Shown here one piece after another: positions 7,856 through 18,045 of a stretch of 64,000 nt of DNA. The position numbers were made by a program, and so were the translations under genes. Position 1 is the stretch's first letter. Every line of letters begins with the position of its first letter. Below the pieces are notes generated by a model, which saw only the letters and a program-made list of their open reading frames with translations, had not been told where the DNA came from and did not search any database. Location of the stretch: NCBI GenBank assembly GCA_902770045.1, contig CACXRO010000004.1:7323-71322 (forward strand), written 5' to 3'. The DNA is from an uncultured bacterium. Its GTDB lineage: Bacteria > Verrucomicrobiota > Kiritimatiellia > RFP12 > UBA1067.

Positions 7856-9127
7856 ATGGCCGAGACGCTGAGCTTCGAGCCGCCGCGCGGGATGCGCGAC
7901 TTCTACCCCGAGGACATGGCGTGGCGCAACCGCGTGTTCGACGCGTTCCGCGCCGCAGGCGAGGCTGCTGGGTTCAGCCCCTACGACAGCTGCGTCGTCG
8001 AGAGCTACGACCTGCTGGCCAGGAAGGCCGGCGAGGAGGTGGGCGAGCAGATCTACCACTTCTTCGACAAGTCCGAGCGCCACATCGCGCTGCGTCCGGA
8101 GATGACCCCGACGCTCGCGCGGATGGTGGCGCAGCGCCAGAAGGAGCTTTCGTTCCCGATCAAGTGGACGACGATCGCCCAGTGCTTCCGCTACGAGCGG
8201 ATGACCAAGGGGCGCAAGCGCGAGCACTACCAGTGGAACGTCGACATCGTCGGCGAGGACTCGGTGCTGGCCGAGGCGGAGGTGCTCGGCGCGGCGTGCG
8301 ACGCGCTGCGGCGGATGGGGCTTTCCTCGGCGGACTTCAGGGTGCACGTCTCCTCGCGGCGGCTGCTCGGCGAGGTGCTGGAGCGGAGCGGCGTGCCCAC
8401 CGACCGCCATGCGCAGGTGTTCCTCGCGCTCGACAAGCGCGGCAAGATGCCGGACGCCGAGATCGCCGCGATGCTGCGCGACGGCGGGCTCGACGACGCG
8501 CTGGTCGCCAAGGTGTTCGAGATCCTCTCGCTCAAGGACCTCGACTCGGTCGTTGCCTACCTTGGCGCGGCGGCGGAGGGCTCGCGCGCGGTGGCCGAGC
8601 TTTCGGAGCTCTTCCGGCTTGCCGGGGCGGCTGGCTTCGCGGAGTCGCTCGTCTTCGACATCGGCGTCATCCGCGGCCTGAGCTACTACACCGGCATCGT
8701 GTTCGAGTGCTTCGACGCCAAGGGCGAGTTCCGGGCGATCTTCGGCGGCGGCCGCTACGACAACCTGCTCACCGCGATCGGCGGATTGCCGATGAGCGCG
8801 GTGGGACTGGGCTTTGGCGACGTGGTGGTGACGGAGCTTCTCAAGTCCCGCCTCGGCGGGAGCGCGTCCTCTGCGCGCAGGGGCGTCGCGGTGGGGTTCA
8901 TGGAGGACGCCCAGCGCGACGCCGCGGTGCGCCTCGCCGCGCGCCTGCGCCGCGAGGGAAAGTCGGTCGACCTCGCGCTCCACTCGATGAAGCCGAAGAA
9001 GTTCTTCGCCCACGCCGGCTCCTCGATGGCGGCGGAGGCGGTGTTCCTGGGGCCGGACGACGTGGAGAAGGGCACCGCCAGGCTCAAGAACCTCGAAACG
9101 CGCGAAGAGTCCGGGATAAGCCTATGA
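7856..9127 (+). CDS. hisS: Histidine--tRNA ligase
   Basis: PRGMRDFYPED, RPEMTPTLARM, QCFRYERMTKGRKREHYQWNVD and GGGRYDNL are class II HisRS motifs. ATG 7856 chosen inside the longer ORF. Confidence 0.9.
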   Translation: MAETLSFEPPRGMRDFYPEDMAWRNRVFDAFRAAGEAAGFSPYDSCVVESYDLLARKAGEEVGEQIYHFFDKSERHIALRPEMTPTLARMVAQRQKELSFPIKWTTIAQCFRYERMTKGRKREHYQWNVDIVGEDSVLAEAEVLGAACDALRRMGLSSADFRVHVSSRRLLGEVLERSGVPTDRHAQVFLALDKRGKMPDAEIAAMLRDGGLDDALVAKVFEILSLKDLDSVVAYLGAAAEGSRAVAELSELFRLAGAAGFAESLVFDIGVIRGLSYYTGIVFECFDAKGEFRAIFGGGRYDNLLTAIGGLPMSAVGLGFGDVVVTELLKSRLGGSASSARRGVAVGFMEDAQRDAAVRLAARLRREGKSVDLALHSMKPKKFFAHAGSSMAAEAVFLGPDDVEKGTARLKNLETREESGISL

Positions 9128-9840
9128 CCGCGCTCGTGCTCGCCGCCGCGATGGCGTCCTCGGAGGCGCTCGTAACCGTGCTCAACACGCGGACCTCGGT
9201 CTCGCAGGACCGCTACGACGCCGCGGTCGCGGTGGTCGAGCGCGACGCCGCGGCGGGCAAGCCGCTCCAGCAGTTCGTCATCGGAGTCACCACCGACGAC
9301 CAGGAGAAGGCGGCGCGCTATCTCGACTCCTCGCGCGGTACGATCAAGTCCCTGGCGGAGAAGCGCGGCAATCCGCTCGCGTGGTACCTCCTCTCGATGG
9401 AGTCGAACGACCGCGCCCTCCTGGAGCGGGCGGCGAAGGGCGGCAACGTGCAGGCGCTCAACGCGCTCGGCGCGATGCTGGTGCAGGAGGCCAACTCGGC
9501 CACGGGCGAGGCGACGAACGGAGTTCGGCGGCTTCTCCGCGAGGGCTTCGAGTGCTTCAGCAAGGCCTCGGAGCAGCGCGACCCCAACGCCTTCGTCAAC
9601 GTCGGCGCGTGCTACATGAACGGCATTGGCTGCAGGAAGAACGCGATGCTCGCGTTCGAGTGCTTCCGCACCGCCGCGCAGGAAGGCGGCCATCCTGAGG
9701 CGATGATGTACCTGTCGACGTGCTTCGACCGCGGCATCGGCGTGAAGGCCGATCCGGAGAAGGCGATGTTCTGGCGGATGAAGGCAAGAGCCTGCCGCGG
9801 CGACAAGGCGGCGGCGAAGTGGCTGGAGAGCAGGAAATGA
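9124..9840 (+). CDS. Sel1/TPR-like repeat protein with signal peptide
   Basis: MTALVLAAAMASSEA, then repeated units of the form A..GN..A.N.LG.M and GCRKNAMLAFECFRTAAQEGGHPEAMMYLSTCFDRGIGV. Confidence 0.7.
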   Translation: MTALVLAAAMASSEALVTVLNTRTSVSQDRYDAAVAVVERDAAAGKPLQQFVIGVTTDDQEKAARYLDSSRGTIKSLAEKRGNPLAWYLLSMESNDRALLERAAKGGNVQALNALGAMLVQEANSATGEATNGVRRLLREGFECFSKASEQRDPNAFVNVGACYMNGIGCRKNAMLAFECFRTAAQEGGHPEAMMYLSTCFDRGIGVKADPEKAMFWRMKARACRGDKAAAKWLESRK

Positions 9841-10610
9841 CGGTGCTCATGGTCGGCGACGTCGTCGGCGGCCCCGGCCGGCGGATCCTCAGGCGCGAGC
9901 TCAAGGGGCTCAAGGCGCGCTTCGGCGCCGCGGCGGCGGTCGTCAACGCCGAGAACTGCGCCGCGGGCTCGGGCATAACCGCCGCGCTTGCGGAGGAGAT
10001 CTTCGACGCCGGGGCGGATGCGATCACTCTCGGCGACCACACCTGGGGCCAGAAGGAGTTCGCCGCGCAGATCGGCGGCGTCGAGCGGCTGGTGCGCCCC
10101 GCCAACTTCGCTGCGGAGTGCCCCGGCCGCGGCTGGTGCCTCGTCAACCTGCCGGTCGGACGCCTCGCGGTCCTCAACCTCCAGGGCAGGGTGTTCATGC
10201 AGGCGGCGGACTGTCCCTTCAAGGCCGCCGACCGCGCGCTGGCGGAGATTCCGAAGGACGTGCCGGTGGTGGTCGACTTCCACGCCGAGGCGACGAGCGA
10301 GAAGGCCACTTTCGCGCACTACCTCGACGGACGCGTCGCCGCCGTCGCCGGCACCCACACCCACGTCCAGACCTCCGACGCCAGGCTGCTACCGAAGGGG
10401 ACGGCGTACATCACCGACCTCGGGATGACCGGCCCCTACGTCTCCTCGATCGGGCGCGACCTCAAGCCGGTCACCCGCAAGTTCATCACCGGCATCCCGG
10501 CGCGCTTCGAGGTGGCCGAGGGACCCTGTACGCTCGAGGGCGCGGCGATTTCGATCGACCCTAAGACCCGCCTCGCCGAGTCGATCGAGTCCTTCCGCGT
10601 CAGGGACTGA
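9837..10610 (+). CDS. YmdB-family (TIGR00282-type) metallophosphoesterase
   Basis: MTVLMVGDVVGGPGRR..VVNAENCAAGSGIT..TLGDHTW..DFHAEATSEK..GTHTHVQTSD. ATGA overlap with the upstream gene. Confidence 0.8.
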   Translation: MTVLMVGDVVGGPGRRILRRELKGLKARFGAAAAVVNAENCAAGSGITAALAEEIFDAGADAITLGDHTWGQKEFAAQIGGVERLVRPANFAAECPGRGWCLVNLPVGRLAVLNLQGRVFMQAADCPFKAADRALAEIPKDVPVVVDFHAEATSEKATFAHYLDGRVAAVAGTHTHVQTSDARLLPKGTAYITDLGMTGPYVSSIGRDLKPVTRKFITGIPARFEVAEGPCTLEGAAISIDPKTRLAESIESFRVRD

Positions 10611-10639
10611 GTTTCCGCTGCGCAGACGGCGCCGTATTT

Positions 10640-10650
10640 TGGTATAATAC
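10640..10650 (+). promoter_or_regulatory. Extended -10 promoter TGGTATAATAC; near-leaderless
   Basis: The -10 hexamer is at 10643-10648. Only 10 nt separate it from ATG 10659 and there is no SD. Confidence 0.5.
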
Positions 10651-10658
10651 ACCAAGAT

Positions 10659-12503
10659 ATGGCCAAGGAATATGGAGACAAAAGCATCGTCACCCTCGAT
10701 CCGGTGACGCACATCCGCATGCGCCCCGGCATGTACGTGGGCGAGCCGGGCACCGGCGCGATGTACCACGACTGCATCTACATCCTGATGAAGGAGGTGA
10801 TCGACAACGCGGTCGACGAGTTCGGGCAGGGCTTCGGCAAGCGCATCGAGGTGACAGTCGACTACGACTCCGGCGAGGTGTCGGTGCGCGACTACGGGCG
10901 CGGCATTCCGCTCGGCAAGGTGGTCGACTGCGTTTCGCAGATGAACACCGGCGGCAAGTACGACAACGAGAACTACCAGTTCTCCGCCGGCATGAACGGC
11001 GTCGGCACCAAGGCGGTGAACGCGCTCTCGGAGTTCTTCGAGGTGCGTAGCTTCCGCGACGGCGAGTTCTCCGAGGCGTACTTCGAGGCGGGCAGGCTCA
11101 AGTCGAAGAAGCGCGGCAAGGACAAGGCGGGCGAGCACCCCGGCACCTTCATCCGCTACAAGCCGGATGTCAAGGTGCTCAAGCACTTCAAGGTGCGCGA
11201 GGAGCATGTCCTCAGGCGCATGAAGATGTACTGCTACGTGAACGCCGGGCTCACCATCGTCCTCAACGGGCAGGAGATCCGCTCCGACCGCGGCCTCGCC
11301 GACCTGATCGCCGACGAGGCGCAGTTCGAGAAGCTCTACCAGCCGTTCCACGTGAAGACCAAGTCGCTGGAGATCATCTTCACCCACACCAACCGCTTCG
11401 GCGAGGAGTACCACACCTTCGTCAACGGCCAGTACACCACCGACGGCGGCACCCACCTCACCGCCTTCAAGGAGGCGCTCACCAAGGCGCTCAACGACTA
11501 TGACCCGAAGAAGAAGTTCGACGGCGACGACATCCGCGACGGACTCCTCGGCGCAGTCGCGGTGAGGATCATGAACCCGGTCTTCGAGGGGCAGACGAAG
11601 ATCAAGTTCGTGATGAACGACATGCGCGCCGACCTCGTCGCCGAGATGAAGAAGGAGATCGAGGCCGCGCTCCACCGCTCGCCGTCCGAGACCGACCGGC
11701 TGATCGCCAAGATCGAGGAGACTGGCAAGATCCGCTCGCAGCTCAACACCATCAAGAAGCAGGCTCGCGAGCGCTCGCAGGCGGTGTCGGTGCGGGTGCC
11801 GCAGCTGAAGGACTCGAAGAACCACCTGCGGCTCGACCGCATCAACAAGAAGACCGGCAAGCCCGAGGGCGACGACACGATGATCTTCCTCACCGAGGGC
11901 AAGTCCGCCGGCGGCACGCTCGGCAACGCGCGCGATGCGCTCAACCAGGCCGTGTTCTTCCTCCGCGGCAAGCCGCTCAACACCTGCGGCGTGGGGAAGG
12001 AGGTGCTCTACAAGAACGAGGAGTTCTTCAACCTCATCAAGACGCTCGACGTGGACGAGTCGCTCGAGCACCTCCGCTACGGCAAGATCATCTTCGCGAC
12101 CGACGCCGACGTGGACGGGCTCCACATCCGGATGCTGCTCGCCACCTTCTTCATGCGCTTCTACCGCCAGCTGGTGACGGACGGGCGCGTGTTCATCCTG
12201 GAGACGCCGCTCTTCCGCGTGCGCAACAAGAAGGAGCAGTACTACTGCTTCTCCGAGGAGGAGAAGGTCGCTGCGCAGGCGAAGTGCGGCCGCGGCTGCG
12301 AGACCACCCGCTTCAAGGGCCTCGGCGAGCTGAACGCCAAGGAGTTCAAGGACTTCATCGGCGAGGACATGCGGCTCACCCCCGTCACCTGCGCGGACGA
12401 CATCGACGTCGAGAAGACGATCAAGTTCTACATGGGCGCCAACACGCCCGAGCGCAAGAACTACATCATGGATTCGCTCGTGTGCGACGCGAGCGACTTT
12501 TAG
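10659..12503 (+). CDS. Type IIA DNA topoisomerase subunit B (ParE/GyrB family, short 614 aa form)
   Basis: RMRPGMYVGE; GHKL ATPase motifs (GGKY, GMNGVG); Toprim motifs TEGKSAGG and ATDADVDGLHIR. Confidence 0.8.
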   Translation: MAKEYGDKSIVTLDPVTHIRMRPGMYVGEPGTGAMYHDCIYILMKEVIDNAVDEFGQGFGKRIEVTVDYDSGEVSVRDYGRGIPLGKVVDCVSQMNTGGKYDNENYQFSAGMNGVGTKAVNALSEFFEVRSFRDGEFSEAYFEAGRLKSKKRGKDKAGEHPGTFIRYKPDVKVLKHFKVREEHVLRRMKMYCYVNAGLTIVLNGQEIRSDRGLADLIADEAQFEKLYQPFHVKTKSLEIIFTHTNRFGEEYHTFVNGQYTTDGGTHLTAFKEALTKALNDYDPKKKFDGDDIRDGLLGAVAVRIMNPVFEGQTKIKFVMNDMRADLVAEMKKEIEAALHRSPSETDRLIAKIEETGKIRSQLNTIKKQARERSQAVSVRVPQLKDSKNHLRLDRINKKTGKPEGDDTMIFLTEGKSAGGTLGNARDALNQAVFFLRGKPLNTCGVGKEVLYKNEEFFNLIKTLDVDESLEHLRYGKIIFATDADVDGLHIRMLLATFFMRFYRQLVTDGRVFILETPLFRVRNKKEQYYCFSEEEKVAAQAKCGRGCETTRFKGLGELNAKEFKDFIGEDMRLTPVTCADDIDVEKTIKFYMGANTPERKNYIMDSLVCDASDF

Positions 12504-12518
12504 GCGACGGAGGACGAA

Positions 12519-12869
12519 ATGGCATATTCGCGATTCGGAACGACTGACGAGAAGGGGCGGCTCCAGCCGCCCAAACCGGAGCCGCGCCCGCAGAAGCGCC
12601 CCGGTGCGCGGCGGTCGGGGAGCCGCCTCTCCTTCGCGGCATCGGTCCTCGTGGCCGTCGCCGCCTCGCTCTGGGCGTGGAAGGTGGCCTCTCCCGAGAG
12701 TTTCTCGCGCACATGGGACGGGCTCGGCCGCTACTTCGCCGACCTGCGCGGCAGCGTCTCGGTGAAGTCAGACCGGTTCCGTCCGCGCCCCGGCGCCACC
12801 GGCGCGGTGAAGGTGACGAGCTCGGCTTCGAAGAAGGTTTCAAAACCAAAGAAAGGAAACTCGAAATGA
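12519..12869 (+). CDS. Hypothetical membrane-anchored basic protein
   Basis: GGAGGA SD 7 nt upstream. One TM helix (SFAASVLVAVAASLWAW). ATGA coupling to the downstream gene. Confidence 0.45.
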   Translation: MAYSRFGTTDEKGRLQPPKPEPRPQKRPGARRSGSRLSFAASVLVAVAASLWAWKVASPESFSRTWDGLGRYFADLRGSVSVKSDRFRPRPGATGAVKVTSSASKKVSKPKKGNSK

Positions 12870-15457
12870 ACAGAACCATCGTAATCGGCGCCGCCGCGTT
12901 GGCGGCGCTGGCGTCTGGATGCGAACCCTCCGGCGGCCGCCGCGTCGCCGCGCTTGACGCCGCGGCGTGGAAGGAGAGCGTGTGGATCAGCGTGCCGGAG
13001 GCGAAGACGCTGCCGGACGACTGGTGGCAGAAGAATATCCAGCGCGCGGCGGACGGCACCAGCTGGTTCGTGGGCAGGCTCGAGAACGCAGCCAAGGTGA
13101 AGAAGGCCACCTGGATGACGGCCGGCCTCGGCGTCTACGAGGTCTACGTGAACGGCGTGCGCGTCGGCAGCGACTTCCTCAAGCCCGGCTTCACCCACAA
13201 CGAGAAGACGAAGTATTCCTTCACCTACGACGTCACCGACCTCGTCAAGGCCGGAGCCGGCGACGAAAACTTCTTCGCCGCCGAGGTCTCCGCCGGCTGG
13301 TGGCGCGACAAGATCGTCAACTTCAAGGGCAGGAAGAGCGCCTTCCGCTCGGTCGTCGAGCTCGAGTTCGCGAACGGCGAGAAGCAGCTCTTCGGCACCA
13401 ACCTGAAGGACTGGAAGTGCGGCGTCGCCGGCGCGGTGAAGCACGCGGCGATCTTCGACGGCGAGGAGTACGACGCGCGCGTCGCGCAGCCATACTTCGG
13501 CGCGGACGACTTCGTCGCGCCCGAGGAGAACAAGGAGTTCAAGGGCGAGATATTCCCGACCGCCGGCGCGGAGGTCGTCTTGCGCGGCGACCTGGCGCTC
13601 AAGCCGGTCGAAGCGTACTGCTGGAAGGGCGTCGAGGGCGAGGACAAGGCGAAGCACGTCTTCGGCAAGGTGGTGAAGACCCGCGTCTTCGACCCCGCCG
13701 CGGCGCTCGCGGTCGAGCCCGGCGAGACGCTCGTCGTCGACTTCGGCCAGAACTGCGCGGCGGTTCCGGCTTTTGTGATGAAGTCCGAGCCCGGCGCCAC
13801 GCTCACCTGCCTTCCAGGCGAGATGCTCAATGACATGAACGGCGAGCGCAGCCGCGGCAACGACGGCCCCGGCGGCTCGGTCTACCGCGAGAACCTGCGC
13901 GTTCCGACCCAGGGGATGCGCGCGGTCTACACCTTCGCGACGGCGAAGGACGAGCTCTATGTGCCGCGGTTCACCTTCTTCGGCTACCGCTACGTCTCGA
14001 TCACCGCCGACAAGCCGGTGACGATCAAGTGCCTGCGGTCCGTACCCGTCACCTCGATCACGAAGGAGATGGAGGCCGGCAGCCTCGTGACCGGCGACGA
14101 GTCGCTCAACCGCTTCATCGCCAACGTCTACTGGGGCCAGCTCTCCAACTACCTCTCGGTGCCGACCGACTGCCCGCAGCGCAACGAGCGCCTTGGCTGG
14201 ACCGCCGACACCCAGGTGTTCACCGAGACCGGCGCCTTCAACGCCGACACCTCCGCGTTCTTCCGCAAGTGGATGCGCGACATGCGCGACACCCAGGACG
14301 GCCGCGGCGGCTATCCCGGCGTCGCGCCGCTCGCGCAGTACGGCAGCGCCGACACCATGCGCATGTGCTGGTCCGACGCGGGCATCGTGGTGCCGTTCGA
14401 GATGTTCAAGCAGTTCGGCGACACGGAGATCGTGAAGGAGAACTGGGCGTCGATGGAGAAGTACATGAAGCGCATGGACGAGACGCGCTGCGAACACTCC
14501 AAGCTGATCGGCGAGAACCGCAACTACCAGTGGGCCGACTGGCTCTCGTTCGAGGACCTGGAGTCGTGCAGCGCCCGCATACGCAGTCCTGACGGCTCGA
14601 TCAAGCCGGCGGCGGTCCTCTACTGGAACTTCCTCTACTCCTGCTACTGGGCGCTTGACAGCGACATGATGGCGGCGATGGCGCGCGGCGTCGGCGACGA
14701 AGCCGGCGTCAAGAAGTACGTCGCGATGGGCGAGAAGGCGCGCGCGCAGATCAGGGAGAGGTTCTTCGACAAAGAGACGGGGATGCTCGTCAAGGAGATC
14801 GCGGGCCTCCAGACCGCGAACGTGATGGCGCTCGCGACCGGGGTCGTCAAGGGCGAGCAGCGCGCAGCGGTCGCCGCGCACCTCAGGGAGCTCATCGAGG
14901 GCGAGAGCGAGATCGACGAGGCCGGCTACCGCAAGCGCGTCAAGGGCGTCCTGAAGACTGGCTTCCTCGGCTCGCATTTCGTGATGGACGTTCTCGCGGA
15001 CAACGGCATGGCGGACCTCGCCTATACGCTGCTCCTAAGCCACAAGTTCCCGAGCTGGCTCTATTCCGTCGACCAGGGCGCGACCACGATCTGGGAGCGC
15101 TGGAACGGCTATGTCAAGGAGCGCGGGTTCGGCCCCGTGGGGATGAACAGCTTCAACCACTACGCCTACGGCCAGGTGGTGGCCTGGATCTACCGCCGCG
15201 CCGCCGGCATCGCCGCCGACCCCGCCTCGCCCGGCTTCAGGACGATCGTGATGAAGCCGCTGCCCGACCGCCGCCTCGGATCCGTTAAGGCGTCCTACCG
15301 CTCGGCCGCGGGTCTCGTGACGAGCGCGTGGAGGTACGAGGGCGAGACCTGGATCTGGGAGTTCACCGTCCCCGAGGGCGCGGTCGCGCGCGTCACCCTG
15401 CCGGGCGAGACCGAGTCGAAGGAGTATCCGGCCGGGTCGTACGTCATCAGGCGCTGA
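12866..15457 (+). CDS. Alpha-L-rhamnosidase (GH78) lipoprotein
   Basis: Lipobox AALASGC. CPQRNERLGWTADTQVF and WLYSVDQGATTIWERWNG are typical of bacterial rhamnosidases. Confidence 0.8.
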   Translation: MNRTIVIGAAALAALASGCEPSGGRRVAALDAAAWKESVWISVPEAKTLPDDWWQKNIQRAADGTSWFVGRLENAAKVKKATWMTAGLGVYEVYVNGVRVGSDFLKPGFTHNEKTKYSFTYDVTDLVKAGAGDENFFAAEVSAGWWRDKIVNFKGRKSAFRSVVELEFANGEKQLFGTNLKDWKCGVAGAVKHAAIFDGEEYDARVAQPYFGADDFVAPEENKEFKGEIFPTAGAEVVLRGDLALKPVEAYCWKGVEGEDKAKHVFGKVVKTRVFDPAAALAVEPGETLVVDFGQNCAAVPAFVMKSEPGATLTCLPGEMLNDMNGERSRGNDGPGGSVYRENLRVPTQGMRAVYTFATAKDELYVPRFTFFGYRYVSITADKPVTIKCLRSVPVTSITKEMEAGSLVTGDESLNRFIANVYWGQLSNYLSVPTDCPQRNERLGWTADTQVFTETGAFNADTSAFFRKWMRDMRDTQDGRGGYPGVAPLAQYGSADTMRMCWSDAGIVVPFEMFKQFGDTEIVKENWASMEKYMKRMDETRCEHSKLIGENRNYQWADWLSFEDLESCSARIRSPDGSIKPAAVLYWNFLYSCYWALDSDMMAAMARGVGDEAGVKKYVAMGEKARAQIRERFFDKETGMLVKEIAGLQTANVMALATGVVKGEQRAAVAAHLRELIEGESEIDEAGYRKRVKGVLKTGFLGSHFVMDVLADNGMADLAYTLLLSHKFPSWLYSVDQGATTIWERWNGYVKERGFGPVGMNSFNHYAYGQVVAWIYRRAAGIAADPASPGFRTIVMKPLPDRRLGSVKASYRSAAGLVTSAWRYEGETWIWEFTVPEGAVARVTLPGETESKEYPAGSYVIRR

Positions 15458-15480
15458 AAGACAGGAGGCTGGTTTTGGCA

Positions 15481-16926
15481 ATGCCTGGAATCAAGAAGCT
15501 TGCAGCCGCCGCGCTGGCGGCAATGACATGCTCCGCCGCCTGCGGCGCAGCGCCCAAGTACGTCTTCCTTTTCATCGGCGACGGCATGTCCACGCCGCAG
15601 CGGATGGTGGCGGAGTCGTTCGCGGAGAAGATCGGCTATGGACGGCTGGCGATGAACTCGCTGCCCTACCAGGCCAACACCCGCACCCAGAGCGCGAACT
15701 CGATCATCACCGACTCCGCGGCGGCCGCGACCGCCATCGCCTGCGGCGAGAAGACCCGGAACGGGATGATCGGGGTCGATCCGTCGACCAACCGGCTATT
15801 CTCCGTGGCCGAGGCCGCGAAGAAGTCCGGGCGCAAGGTGGGGATCGTGACCACGGTCACGATCTGCCACGCCACCCCGGCCGGATTCTACGCCCACCGT
15901 CCGTCGCGCGGAATGAGCTACGAGATCGGGCTCGACATGGTCGACTCCGGCTTCGACTACTTTTGCGGCGGCGGCATCTACTCGAGCTACGACGACCGGA
16001 AGAGCGGCGAATACCGCGGCGACATCCGCGACCTCGCGCGCGCGGCCGGCTACGCCGTCACCACCAACCGCGCCGAATGGGCGGCGCTCAGGCCCGGAGG
16101 CAAGGCATGGAGCATCTTCGGCGACTGGGGGATGGAGTTCGCGATCGACCGCGACGAATCTCAGCCGTCGCTTGCCGAGATCGTGGCCAAGGGCATCGAG
16201 CTCCTCGACAACCCCGCCGGATTCTTCATCATGTGCGAGGGCGGCAAGGTTGACTACGCCGGCCACGCCAACGACGCGGCGACGAACCTGCGGGACGTGA
16301 TCGCGCTCGACGAGGCGGTCAAGACCGCGCTCGAGTTCCAGCGCCTCCATCCCGAAGACACTCTCGTCATCACCACCGGCGACCACGAGACCGGCGGCCT
16401 TTCAATGGGCTTCGCCGGCATCGGCGGCCAGTTCCGGGTGGAGCTCCTCAAGCACCAGAAGGTCTCGGTCGAGAAGTTTTCCGAGTGGTTCAAGTCCCGT
16501 GTGCGTGAAACGAAGGGAAAGATCGAGTTCGAGGACATCAAGCCGGTGCTGACCGAGAAGTTCGGGCTCTTGTTCCCGCCGCCCCGGGATGACGCCAAGG
16601 CGGCGCAGAAGAAGGGGCCTCCCGACCCGATGATGCTCACGAAGAAGGATGTCAAGGTGCTCGAGGAGGCGTTCCAGACCGACGTCGACAAGGTGCGAAA
16701 CAAGGTCAGGGACACCACCGCCCACGACGTCGCGCGCAACTATGTCTTCGCCCAGACGGTGAAGAACGTCCTCAACGCCCACGCCGGCGTCGGCTGGAGC
16801 TCCGGCTCGCACACGGCGCTCCCGACCTTCACCACCGCCGCCGGGCCGCGCGCCGACATCGTCGTCGGCATGCAGGAGAACACCGACCTCGGCCGCCGCC
16901 TCCGCGCGCTCTACGAGGAGAAGTAG
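15481..16926 (+). CDS. Alkaline phosphatase (secreted)
   Basis: Signal peptide, then FLFIGDGMS, ITDSAAAATAIACG (active-site Ser motif), TGDHETGG, HTALP. Confidence 0.8.
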   Translation: MPGIKKLAAAALAAMTCSAACGAAPKYVFLFIGDGMSTPQRMVAESFAEKIGYGRLAMNSLPYQANTRTQSANSIITDSAAAATAIACGEKTRNGMIGVDPSTNRLFSVAEAAKKSGRKVGIVTTVTICHATPAGFYAHRPSRGMSYEIGLDMVDSGFDYFCGGGIYSSYDDRKSGEYRGDIRDLARAAGYAVTTNRAEWAALRPGGKAWSIFGDWGMEFAIDRDESQPSLAEIVAKGIELLDNPAGFFIMCEGGKVDYAGHANDAATNLRDVIALDEAVKTALEFQRLHPEDTLVITTGDHETGGLSMGFAGIGGQFRVELLKHQKVSVEKFSEWFKSRVRETKGKIEFEDIKPVLTEKFGLLFPPPRDDAKAAQKKGPPDPMMLTKKDVKVLEEAFQTDVDKVRNKVRDTTAHDVARNYVFAQTVKNVLNAHAGVGWSSGSHTALPTFTTAAGPRADIVVGMQENTDLGRRLRALYEEK

Positions 16927-16932
16927 GCGAAG

Positions 16933-18045
16933 ATGGGCATGGGGAAGCGAGATTGGATGCCCGTGCCCGTGCTCGCGGCGCTCTGCGTTGCGATGATGTT
17001 CGCGCCGACGGCGGAAAGGGTCGTGAGCGACGGCGGCGAAACCGTCCGCGCGCGCGTCGTCTCCGTCGACGACTCCAAGCTCGTCTACACCGGACTGGTC
17101 CGCTACGGCACCCAGTACCTGGAGGCGGAGGTCGTCTCCGGCCCGGCGGCGGGGACGAAGGTGCGCGCCGAGAACGAGCTCCGCGCGCAGATGGACCTCG
17201 ACAAGGTCTTCGCCCCCGGCGACGTCGCGGTGCTCTCGGTCCCCGCCGGCGAAGTTCGCGCCGGCGACACGCTCGTCGCCCGCGACCACTGGCGCCTCGG
17301 CTGGGAAGTCGCGGTGTTCGCGGTGTTCGCCGCGCTGCTCGTGGCCTTCGCCGGCTGGACCGGACTCAAGGCGCTCTTCAGCTTCGTCTTCAGCTGCGTC
17401 GCCGTCTGGAAGCTGCTCGTGCCGCTCTGCCTCAATGGCTGGAGCGCGCTCTGGACCTCGTTCGCCGTCGTCGCGGCGCTGACGGCGGTAATCATGTACC
17501 TCGTCGCCGGCGCGACTCGCAAGGGCGCCGCGGCGTTTCTCGGCGCGACGACCGGCGTGGCCGCGTCGCTTGCGCTCGCCCGCCTCTTCGCGTCGCTGAT
17601 GCACGTCAACGGCGCGACGATGCCGTTCTCCCAGGCGCTCGTCTACACCGGCTACCCCGGTCTCGACCTCGCCGACATCTTCTGCGGCGGGGCGGTGCTG
17701 GCCGCGAGCGGGGCGGTGATGGATCTCGCGATGGACGTCTCCGCCGGCGTCTCGGAAGTGGCCAGGCATTCGCCGGGCCTCGGCCGCCGCGAGCTCTTCA
17801 TGAGCGGACTCAGGATCGGCCGGGCGGTCGTCGGCACGATGACCACCACGCTTCTGCTCGCCTATTCTGGCGGCTACCTCACCCTGCTCATGGTTTTCGC
17901 CGCGCAGGGTACGTCGCCCGTCGACTTCATCAACTCCACCCTCGTCTCGGCCGAGTTCGTCAAGACCATGGTCGGCAGCTTCGGCCTGGTGCTGGTGGCG
18001 CCCGCCTCCGCGCTCGCCGCCGCGTACCTCCACGACAATGGGTAG
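16933..18045 (+). CDS. YibE/F-like multi-pass membrane protein
   Basis: N-terminal soluble beta-rich segment followed by about 6 TM helices. Family assignment is from overall resemblance only. Confidence 0.5.
   Translation: MGMGKRDWMPVPVLAALCVAMMFAPTAERVVSDGGETVRARVVSVDDSKLVYTGLVRYGTQYLEAEVVSGPAAGTKVRAENELRAQMDLDKVFAPGDVAVLSVPAGEVRAGDTLVARDHWRLGWEVAVFAVFAALLVAFAGWTGLKALFSFVFSCVAVWKLLVPLCLNGWSALWTSFAVVAALTAVIMYLVAGATRKGAAAFLGATTGVAASLALARLFASLMHVNGATMPFSQALVYTGYPGLDLADIFCGGAVLAASGAVMDLAMDVSAGVSEVARHSPGLGRRELFMSGLRIGRAVVGTMTTTLLLAYSGGYLTLLMVFAAQGTSPVDFINSTLVSAEFVKTMVGSFGLVLVAPASALAAAYLHDNG

Noticed and set aside
7921-9840. Long N-terminal extensions of ORFs 7921-9840, 1168-2028, 12677-15457, 15328-16926, 51816-53342, 55290-56801, 58005-59339, 58819-61002 and 31905-35387.
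   Set aside because: The upstream parts overlap the preceding, well-supported genes in another frame. Internal starts with signal peptides, an SD or stop-start overlaps give proteins of canonical length, so the ORFs were trimmed.
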